Shown piece by piece: positions 52,310 through 64,000 of a DNA stretch of 64,000 nucleotides. The position numbers and the translations under genes are program-made. Below the pieces are notes generated by a model, which did no database searches, was not told where the DNA came from, and was given only the letters and a program-made list of their open reading frames with translations. The stretch comes from the human T2T-CHM13v2.0 reference genome, Homo sapiens. Each line of letters opens with the position of its first letter. The stretch's first letter is position 1. Where the stretch lies: NCBI RefSeq assembly GCF_009914755.1, contig NC_060936.1, one strand, 5' to 3'.

Positions 52310-53417
52310 TCATGTTCAGAAATCTCATGTTCAGAAATACTTGAATAGCATTGCACAGTTGGTAAGTGGCAGAGCCAAAATTTGACTTTAGGTCTGTTTA
52401 ACTTCAAAATTCATGTTAGTATCCCCTTATTTTTTATTACATTTTTGATTATATGGTAGATACTTAGAATAGTTTTAGTTATCTGCAGTCATAAACTGAC
52501 AGGCCATGAACCAAGTGGACCCACATGGTACTGAGGTCTTCCTATGCCACGACTATACAGATGAAAATGAATCATTTTGTAGAATGGCAAGAGTAGGGAT
52601 TGTCTCCAGTGAGATGAAATAGCCCTCACACATGGCATGCTGTTAAGCAAACTAGGTGTCTTTGTATCTTGACTGTGCCATAGTATACAATACAAATGTT
52701 TTGAGTCTATGTGTGCTGAATTCGAGGTTGGTGAGTACAAACTTGCTTCCAGTTTGTTGACTTGCCTAGCATAGCATTAAATAGGAACTATTTCTCATTG
52801 AATGTACAATAATTAACTTATGCAGCACAGTCATTTAAGTTTAAAGTGTTTTACCCTTCCCCTTCCCAAAGTTAGAACACACACACACACGAGAAAGATA
52901 ATGTATGGCAAAGTCAAGATTAATTTTAGGTTTCTGTGCTCAGACAGTACCATGGCATTCCAGCCAGCATGACTGCACAGGCACAGAGTTTTTCCAGCAA
53001 ATATCATTAAGTACTTTATTTTTGCATCACAAAAATTTCAATACTTAATTTTGCTTAATCTTGAAATTAAAGGGTTCATTTAAAGGGAACATTTTTTAAA
53101 ACCCTTCAAATTCTAATCTCTACTGCAATTTAATTGTTTGGAGAGTGACATGTCTTATGAGCTAATTAATAATTTATTAAAATTAAGTGGTGATAAGTTT
53201 ATTAATTTTGGAACTTCTGCAGGAAAACATTCTACATTTTCGTTTAGCTAACAAATCCATAGCTATAAAATGCCATAAAATTAAGAAAGTCTTGTTTCCT
53301 CTTGCTTCTGAAGCCATGATCTTCAACCATCAAATTTGTTTTCATACAGACAGTAGAATGCGAGCTTATAAATGAAATATTCACATCTAGCACATCCAAA
53401 TCCTTCTAACTACATGA

Positions 53418-53716
<299 letters not shown>

Positions 53717-53989
53717 AAGATCTTGAATTTTAAAGATTTAATGACTACAAGAAACTCATCACAAATGAAATATGGACATAAATGTTATTACATTTTCAGA
53801 TGACAACCATTGAACCAATAACACAACATTCTTCTTCATTGTTATGAAATGAAATATTTGTATAACAATAACAGCTATCACTTGAGTACTTACTATATGC
53901 TAGGCACTATTTATATATTATTTAATATGTAAATAATTTAATGTACTGTGTATTTCATTAAGGGGGAAATAAGGAAAAAGCAGTGTCCA

Positions 53990-54370
53990 TCATGGTGGAC
54001 ATACTAACTATCCACTAAAATCAGTTATTCTTCTGATAGTAATTAATATGTAGGTAGGACACAGATGCTAAGCTAGAGGGCATACATCCCCAGGCTCTTT
54101 TGCAGTTAGGCATGGCCATGTGTCCAAGCTCTTGACAATGGAATATGGAAGGAGGCAACATGTGTAAATTCCACCTCTCTTGCTTGAATGGAAATCACTG
54201 GACCCAGATTAGACTCTCTCCCCCTTCTCACAGCTAGACTGGTCACATCAGACCTGTTCCTAGACAACTATAAGGAGTGAAGCTGCCAGTCAGATAAAAA
54301 GATTAAACTTGGGACAATTATTTAATCATTTCATGTCCATTCATTTCAGCAGCTTAGCCTACCCAAAGTA
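53990..54370 (+). mobile_element. Old ERVL LTR (LTR16/LTR33-like)
   Basis: ccccaggctcttttgcagttaggcatggccatgtgtccaagctcttgacaatggaatatggaagg. Confidence 0.6.
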
Positions 54371-56379
54371 ATAGATCACACAGGCACACATACACGCATA
54401 TATATATACATACGCACACATATATATTGTTTTATGGTCAATTACCAGTAAGGGTTTTTGTTTTTACTCTTGCAGACTTATTAATCCACTAAGTTATTTA
54501 AGAATACTTACTGACCACATGAGCTATACATAAAACCATTGTTTTCTGATTATTATATTGTTAGTGATAACTAACTTCAATTATATGGTTTTGAATTTGA
54601 ATTTTATTGTTTATAAACCTTTTCCAAAAATATTCTTACTTTGTCTTCCTTACACTCTTTTTATTTTGTAGACCCTAAACTGAACTTCAGAGTGGTTAAG
54701 TACCCTGGCAAATATTACTCAGTTATCAATTGGCATAGACTGAACTGAGCCAAAATCCACGCCCTTTAAATTCATACTTCCTCTTTGTGACAATATCTTT
54801 AACCTTTGACTTGGTAAATGAAACTGATTTAAATTGTACTTTTCAAAAGGGAAGTGAATTTTGCCTGGTGTTGTTGTATTAAAAGTTAGCTAAGATCAGT
54901 CTTCCCTACTTCTTTATATTTGAGCATGTCTGGTATAATCCATAGTATGCTGAAAGATCAAACAGACATGTGGAGAAATATGAAAAAAAAATTTATTTGA
55001 AGTTTCTTTGAGAAAAAGCCTCCAGATTATCTTCAGTTTTGTTAGCAGAGTAACTCAGTGAGATTTAAGGCATTAGAAACAGAAGTTAATTTAAAATAAA
55101 TACATAAATATTTATAGTGCAAAAGCTTTTTTGAAAATCACTTTTCTGCCCTACACTTCAGCAAAGTGTCACTGTGAGATAATTATACTTTTTCTGCTTC
55201 CTAAGATTTTCTTTAGGGTTTTCAATTCATCTACTCCAATGAAATCTAATGTTCTCCTCACTACTCTTCCAAATTCCTCTTCTGCTAAGGTTCGACACCA
55301 CACATAAGTCTGTGTATTGTGGCCAAGAACCTTCCAGGAGCATTCTTCACCCTGTCTCATGGTGTATTTAAACAATACTTCTCCTACCCCCAAACAGAAG
55401 GGAATAAAACAATAGCTTCCACTAAATACTTTCTTCCACAGAATTACCCAACAGTTCTATTGCTATGCACACAAAGCACAAGGAAGAAAGATATAATTGA
55501 TTTCTTATCACGCAAATATCTTCATGGGTTCATATTCAGATGAGACAGCTTCTTTGAAGGCCCTGGAGATGTGCAGAGCTGCTCAGAGCAGCATCAAAGA
55601 CTTTCAGGAAAAAATAATCTAAAACTGGAACCTCTGAGAAGGAGAAAAGAGCTCATGAGTGGAAGTCTAAAAGAAATGAAGCCTCGATGAGTTTTAGATT
55701 CCTCATTATATTAGTCTAGGTTTAGGTGATTAACTTTCTGATATGTTCAATATAAATGAAAATATTGCAAATTCTTCTAATCCTAGATAATTATTTATGG
55801 ATCCATTAAGCATAAAAGGAATTATTCAACACCAGATAAATTATTAAAGTCATTAATTACCAACATAGAGAATTATTGTTGGCTGACTTGATTAAGTCTC
55901 TCCTTAAAACCAACAGTGTAGAGACACTTCTTTCAATTAATTTGACACTAGTGATTTCAGAAGCTGAAAAACATATAAACATGGTTTAATGAGGATGCTT
56001 TTATTCTGTGTTCTGTTCCCATTAATTGACAAAGAAATATTCACTGATATTTTGGCTCAAAGTCATTGCAAAAGCTATCTTTCGCATAAGAGTAAATTAA
56101 AAATTAAAATTCTTTCTTAAATTAGCAAGTAATGATTGTTCAATTAGAAAAGAGGAAAGCTTGGCTACTCCTTTTTAAATTGCTAAAAGGAAAGTAATAT
56201 TGTTGGTGACAGAACGAGGATCAGCATCAAGTGTGGCCAATTTCGGAGAAGAAATTTCCTTTAATGACTGGATTGTTAAATCCCTCTAAGGCTATGCAAC
56301 AGGTATTATAAAGCATGCAATAAATTTTATAAAGACATCAAACCTCTTTTCTCCCTTGGCTGCCAGTATACCACTTTGT

Positions 56380-56750
56380 CCCAATTCTCTTCTGCACTCT
56401 CTAAAGACTAATCAGTATTTTCCAGTATTGCCTGTCTGCCCCCAGAGTTCTTTTCTTATTATGCCATGTACTCTCACAAGAGTACCTCATCCACAGCCAT
56501 GAATCGCACTGGCACCAATATGTTAATTACCAAAATCCACATCTTCAACACAAACCCCATTCTAAGCTCTCAAGCCTTATTTTTATACTACTTCTATATC
56601 ACAGGGACCTAAAAACACTGAGCATCTCTACTTCTAAATTATTATAGGGATCTCAAAATCAACATGTCCCTAATTTGCTATATCTACTCCCTATCACACA
56701 TTCAAATAATCTGTTAGCCCTCCTACATTCTCCCCTAAATGAGTGGTTTC
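56380..56750 (+). mobile_element. L2 fragment
   Basis: acctcatccacagccatg...ccaaaatccacatcttcaac...tctcaaaatcaacatgtcc. Confidence 0.65.
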
Positions 56751-56779
56751 AGTCTTCTCCTTCAGGGCTTTGTCAGTGT

Positions 56780-57545
56780 TCCTCTTGAGACAGCACAGGT
56801 CCCGGTAGACAAGAGACACAGAGCTCAGGATCTCCATGGGCCTCATATGTCCGGGCATATTTCCTCCCCTACCCTCTTACCTCCCTTAACAAGCTGACCC
56901 AAGTCACGTAGCAGAAAGCTGCCCCCTCCTAACTTACCCGGCCAAGCTGAATTCCTAACCATAAAAGGCAGAGCCTAACGTTTACCTCCTTGAACAATGT
57001 CTCCCAAGGTTGCTAAAGTGGGACTCTGGTATTCCTGATAAGAAACTGACCATCTCCCAAGGTTACAAAAGGAAGAGTCTGGCATTCCCCATAAGAACTA
57101 TGCACACGTACCCTAAAACTTAAAGTATAATTGGAAAAAAAAAAAAAAAAAGAACTGGATCAGATCCAGCCAGCTAAAGACAAGTTGGACTCAGCACTGG
57201 CCTTTCACTGATTTTTTTCCTCTTCATAATCTCATTATAATACTAAAATCACACCCAGGGGTGTAGATTTAACAGGCCAATGAGACATATGACACATAAA
57301 GAAGCATGTTATCAGACTGTGCAGATGCTAAAAATTCCCCACCTCTACGTGCCTACACATCACTCCTTTTCTCGCCTCAGCTTCCTTAAAATGACAAGAG
57401 CTTAGCCCTTTGGGGAGCTGGCACCAGGATCTCTTTCCCTTATGCTCCTCCCTTGTCTTGCTAGAGCTGCAAGCCTATTAAACCTTGCCTGAGAAAAATT
57501 TCTTTTTGGCGTGATGTTAATTTCTATTTATGCAAGAGCCAATAT
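56780..57545 (+). mobile_element. ERV1-class LTR (family not resolved)
   Basis: LTR-type composition: ataagaaactgacc, ctcattataatactaaaatc, gcaagcctattaaaccttgcctgagaaaaatt, gttaatttctattt; internal ~53-bp tandem duplication at 57000-57165. Confidence 0.6.
57100..57151 (+). mobile_element. Extremely truncated L1PA insertion (~30 nt + A tail) with TSD aagaact
   Basis: tgcacacgtaccctaaaacttaaagtataat is the last ~30 nt of a young L1PA; TSD at 57093-57099 and 57150-57156. Confidence 0.9.
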
Positions 57546-58091
57546 TTATCTGAACTACAGTGACACTCTGGGTACCTCCATCATGAGCTATGGCCTTCAT
57601 ATCACCAGAGCAATGCCATGTGCGACAGGAGGAAGAGGGAAGAACACTAAAATGCTCCACCCTGGTTCACTTTGTCCCCTGGAGATCCATGTAGTTCAGC
57701 TTATGGGCATGTTTCACAAATTTTTCTTAAAAACAATTCTTTAGCTTCCAACTACAGCCTTTCTTTCTAAAGGACTCGAGTGTTGCCAGTGAAGTCACAC
57801 TGAGTTTACGATGCCATGTTATCATCTGCAGCTGCCCCTCTCTCCAGCGTCAGCTCTTCAGGAACCACACACTAACATCTCCCTTGCAGGATGCTTTCCT
57901 CTAAACAAGTCTACCCATGAACAAAGAAGCCTAGGGAAATTGTTGGTCCCATACACCCAGCTACAACTGGATCACCCATACATGCCTCTCTATCAAATAT
58001 ATATTTTATCAATTAATTGCAAATTAGTTGATATTCCTGATAGGCCTCTGGGACTGTAGACAACACTGTGGCTTGATAAAAGTTTAACAGT

Positions 58092-58416
<325 letters not shown>

Positions 58417-58574
58417 TTACTAAATCTGTGATCAAAAATCAACATTCCTGTCTCAAAATAATTCTAGGATATTCAGGTTAATCTGACCCAATCTATCCAC
58501 TTTTATCAGGTGAAGCTTCTCACAAAAAAAGTGCATCAAGCAGCACACTAACAGCAAAGTCAGTATCTTCCCTC

Positions 58575-59160
58575 TTTATTAATTCTCTACTGCCACATCG
58601 CAAATTACGACAAACTTGACAGCTTAAAACAATACCCACTTATTAGCTCACAGTTCTACAGGTCAGAATTTCAGGCACAAAGAGACTGGTTTCTCTGCTC
58701 AGATCTTATAGGCTAAAATCAAGGGGTCAGCCAGGCTGCATTCTCATCCGGAGCTCAAGTGCTCTTCCAAGACCATGTAATGGTAGCAGAATTCAGTTCC
58801 TTGAAGTTGTAGAACTGTGGTCCCCAATTCATCACTCTCTGTCAGCAGAGGCTGCTCAGCTCTGAGGGGCCAGCTACAATTCTTGCCATAGGGCCCCCTT
58901 CATCCTCAAAGCAAGCAACAAAGATTCTCCCTTATGTCAAAGGGATATGTATATCCCACTCACTTAGAATCCCTTTCTCCAGGAAATGCCCAGTCTCTTT
59001 TAAAAGCTTACCTGATTCGGTCAGGCTTATCAAGGATGTTTTTCTTGTCTTAAAGTCCCTTTTATTCACAGTTCTGGCCCACTCTTGAAGGCAGAGGATT
59101 ATACAAGTATGTACAGGGGGTGAAAATCTTGGGGGTTGTCTTAAAATTCTGCCTACCACA
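58575..59160 (-). mobile_element. MaLR solo LTR (MLT1E-like)
   Basis: cagcttaaaacaatacccacttattagctcacagttcta..ggtcag...gcagaattcagttccttg...aggattatacaag...aaattctgcctaccaca. Confidence 0.85.
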
Positions 59161-59611
59161 TTACCCTTCCTACTGATAATAGTTTCTTTCTACCACATAA
59201 TCATGCACTAAATTGAATTATCCCCTGGGTAGAAAGAAAAGAAAAAAAAAAAGTAAAAGTGAATCATAGACATGGGAATGAATGTGTGCTACTGGTATGG
59301 CTTCTCTGATTTGACACATATGTGAACTTTACAAAATTCTAAAATCTATACATAATGTAGTGTGCATCTATTAAATCCCTGAACTTCTTTGGTCTTCAGT
59401 TTCATAATTTGTAAAACAATGATTGCCACTTTGTATGAAATAGTCATAAATACAGTCATAAATAAAATATTTATATTCTAAAATTTACAAGGTGACGGAA
59501 ATGAAAAAAATGGTCTCAACTTATCTTTCTGTTAATGTCCATGAAAAGTAATCTCTACAACAGGTTCATTAAAAAGTAGCCTCCTAAACCTTTGATAAAT
59601 GATCTATTTGA

Positions 59612-59947
<336 letters not shown>

Positions 59948-60144
59948 TTATAGAATTTTAAGAAAATATTTGCAATTATTTAATCACTTTAATTTTTCAA
60001 GTTACTTTCATAATTATTGTCACATTCGTTATTTAAAAAACTATATAAAATAGGTAAAACATGAATTACTTTCTTCATTTCACAAGTGGAAAAAACCCTG
60101 AGTCTGAGAAAGAATAAATAATTTTTCCACAGCAAGTTAGGTAA

Positions 60145-61072
<928 letters not shown>

Positions 61073-61639
61073 TTTTTTCTAATGTGGCCTGAGGCACTTC
61101 CTATTCCACTAATGCTCCTTTCATCTTTAGTAGTAAGCAGCTATTTTTTTAAGGTGTACAAATATCACATCTTGTTTATCTTGCATTCCAAGGGGCATAG
61201 CACAGTCAATGTTTGTTGATGCAACCAACGTTGAGCACTGCTAAGTGCCAGATATGGTTCCAAGCAGTGAGGCGCTGGGGCTATCTGACACACATGACAC
61301 AGCCCTGCTTTCATGAAGCTTGTCAAGTTTAGATATTTCTTCCAAGGAGCATGATTTCTGACTAAGTCTCCAAGGAGCACTTAAACATCTGAGCACATAG
61401 AATCTTTTGATGTAGGATATGAAGTCAAGCAAAGGAAACAGTAATTACATCAAGTATTGAAATAATAACCAGTCACCAACTCATCACAGTGGAACATTTC
61501 AATTGAATTCTGAAGAATATTCAATATAAATTTAAAATATAGCCTCTAAGAATAATTTATGTCATTTAGTCATTCACAAAAAAGGAAACTTAACACTTAA
61601 CACAAGATATACTATTAATCTGCATTGCTCTACAGTGAT

Positions 61640-61830
61640 TTTTTTTCCATTTAATCCTTGCAACATCCCTTTGAGAGTAGGTGCTATTACTAACCTCCTT
61701 TTACAGATGAGGAAACCAAGGCAAAAACAGAAACTTGCCCAAGATCACACAGCCAGTAAAAGCCAAGATCTAAATCCCCAGTATCTCATTCTGGAATTCA
61801 GGCTTTTAACCAGTAGGCTCTGTTACCCAG
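61640..61830 (-). mobile_element. MIR
   Basis: tttaatccttgcaacatccctttgagagtaggtgctattac..ttttacagatgaggaaac..aacttgcccaagatcacacagc. Confidence 0.85.
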
Positions 61831-63436
61831 TAAATATTTGCTGAGCATCTTCTAAATTCCAGGCACCGGGGATTGAAAAGCTGTTTTCGTTTTATTAATA
61901 GGATTATGAACTGAAGGAGAAATCTGATCTGATATAAATCTCGTATGACCTGATTTGCATATGAGCTTATCTGAATCATTTCTTTGGGTGGAAAATGCAC
62001 TACTACAGTTTCTATAAGTTTCTGAATGGTAATGACAACTTCTTCCTTCTATACCTCCCTGCTATTACAAGAGTGTCTTCTCAGAAGAGAGTAAAGGAGT
62101 TTCCAAAAAGAAGAAAAATACTTATTGGACACCCCCTAGCCAAAATTCAGGTAAACATTTTTCTGGGGCATATGCCATATATATCAGGTTTTCTCTTTGG
62201 AAATGCCTCTATCCTTCAATAAAACCTCTCTCCTCTCCGCCATGAAAGTAAAACAAAATAAGGGTGGGTTCTTATCAATTTGAGCCTGAACAATACTTTT
62301 ATAGTTGCAAACCCAAACCACATTTGACTACAAAGACATGAACATCATTTACAAATAAAATTTTATTCTGCCATTAAGAAATTTGGTTCATCTTCCAAAG
62401 TTTTAACATAAGACAGAGAAATGTGTCTTACACTTTTTAAATATATTTTTTTTTGTAGCAATGGCTAGCTAAATAGCAGAGAAACCAGTGTAGGAGTATC
62501 TTTAGTGTATTGGAGTCTTAATAGATTATCTTCATCATTAACATATCTGCAACATTTACATTGTGTTAGTAACCTTAGCATTTATGTGACTTTTTTATTT
62601 TTTATAATCTAATTTGAATTCTTCCCACACTGCTGTTATTTGGAGAATGCTTTATTCTCATTGTATGTGTGCTTGAGTGTGTGTGCTTCAAAAGACACAT
62701 ACAAGAAAAGATACATCAATATTCTCAGGGTGTTTTTAAACTGAACTCCAAATTCAAGAGATTTATGGTTTAAGTATGAGTACACAGTACATTTTCAAAA
62801 AAGCCAACCTTTCATCAAAATCTGTAATAGGTAAGCAAAGAGAAACAAAATCATCTGGCAACAGCGCTACATTTTTCCAACATTTCCCCTCACTATTTTA
62901 CATTCCTTTTCCTCCTACAATTTTAAAATCCAAATTTACAGGAAAGCTTTTTGAGAGCACAAAACCACTTCCCAATTATATGCTTGATACTTAAATACCT
63001 AACAACTTATCTAATACTTATTTAAATGAGCCCAATTATGACAATCATTAGCATTTCTCCATTTACTCTTCTCTAATTATAATAGTACAGTACAAAGGTA
63101 GAGACGTAACACAAACGATGCTGAGCAGAGCAATGCAAAGTCATTTATTCACAAGAAGGAGGGAAGGGTCTCTTGGCATATTTACTAACGCAGAGTCAAA
63201 AATGTTTGCCAAAGCAGTGTTTGGAGGTGAGTCTGCAATCATTTTTAAGAGAAAGGAAATTTTGCTCCCCAAAAGGAGAGAAAAAGAGAATAGTCAAAAG
63301 CAAATTTCCTCCAGGGGCTCATTCACGTCTGCTGATTTTTTCCTTTCTAATTAGAAGGCCTTATGCTTGGGCAATCAAAAACACTCAGGCTTAGAGGTAA
63401 AAACTGGACAAAGAAGTAGTAGAGTTATCAGACAAA

Positions 63437-63880
63437 TACAGGTCCCAAACTTACAATAGTGAGACTTCCAATTTTTAGACTTTAAAATTTTTTGAGAGTG
63501 ATATGCATTCAGCAGAACTATACTTCAGATTTTGAATTTTGATCTTTTTTCAGACTAGCGATATCTGGTAGAATACTCTTTCTCCCAATGCTGAATAGCA
63601 TCAACAAGCTGCAGCACCCAGTCAGCCATGCACGGAGGTAAACAACAGGGTTTTGGGATCATAATGAAAAGAAAAAATACACTGTGCAGCCAAACTTGAT
63701 ACCTTCCTGAAGAACACTACTCCTGCTAAACCATCAACAAGTGTTCATAACTCAGTGTTTTCTATCATCTGTTCTCGAGCCTCCCCAGAAAAGAGAGAAA
63801 CTGATGATCCTGCTGCAGTAGCATCCCAGACATCCAGCAATTAATTTTACTTTGTTGCTTCATATGTTAATAACAATAAA
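63437..63880. mobile_element. MER47/Tigger5-family element
   Basis: gatatgcattcagcagaac..ttttgaattttgatctttt..ctagcgatat..cccagtcagccatg..ggtaaacaac, then cttcctgaagaacactactcctgctaaaccatcaacaagtg...gcagtagcatccc (transposase C-terminal remnant). Confidence 0.8.
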
Positions 63881-64000
63881 AAGGACTGGATTTCTTCAGG
63901 CTAAATATAGAAACTAGCCAAAGTCACAGGGAAAAGACATCTGACATAAAACCTAAAGAAAATGAAAAGTGCATCTATTCTGAAGCTCATTGTCCTTATT

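Overview
This is AT-rich primate genomic DNA, almost certainly human (AluJ/S/Y elements, including one matching AluYg6), with no CpG island. It looks like a large intron or gene-poor interval. I find no intact protein-coding gene: most ORFs in the track are chance frames or Alu/L1/LTR read-throughs. The one recognisable gene-derived sequence is a frameshifted processed pseudogene of RPS3 (191-898, minus strand). Much of the rest is layered transposon fossils: L1PA/PB/MA/ME, L2, L3/CR1, MIR, Alu, MaLR/ERVL/ERV1 LTRs, and Tigger, MADE2 and hAT elements. A string of well-formed minus-strand splice signals (about 43150, 33075-33180, 4984, 2758-2864/2945, 2440-2494) suggests non-coding or 5'-UTR exons of a host transcript I cannot name. 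I see no convincing multi-gene novel system. The most unusual structures are: (i) a ~250-bp fold-back at 30278-30525 with ~95-bp arms and a duplicated loop; (ii) a MIR-derived 69-bp minisatellite with a perfect hairpin in every unit (52037-52309); (iii) two Alus of different ages at the same target site, leaving three copies of the TSD (50887-51531); (iv) the RPS3 retrocopy, whose 5'TOP appears fused directly to codon ~42 and whose poly(A) runs straight into an L1 3' end. Repeat subfamily names come from recalled consensus sequences and need RepeatMasker/Dfam confirmation; boundaries of old repeats are approximate.
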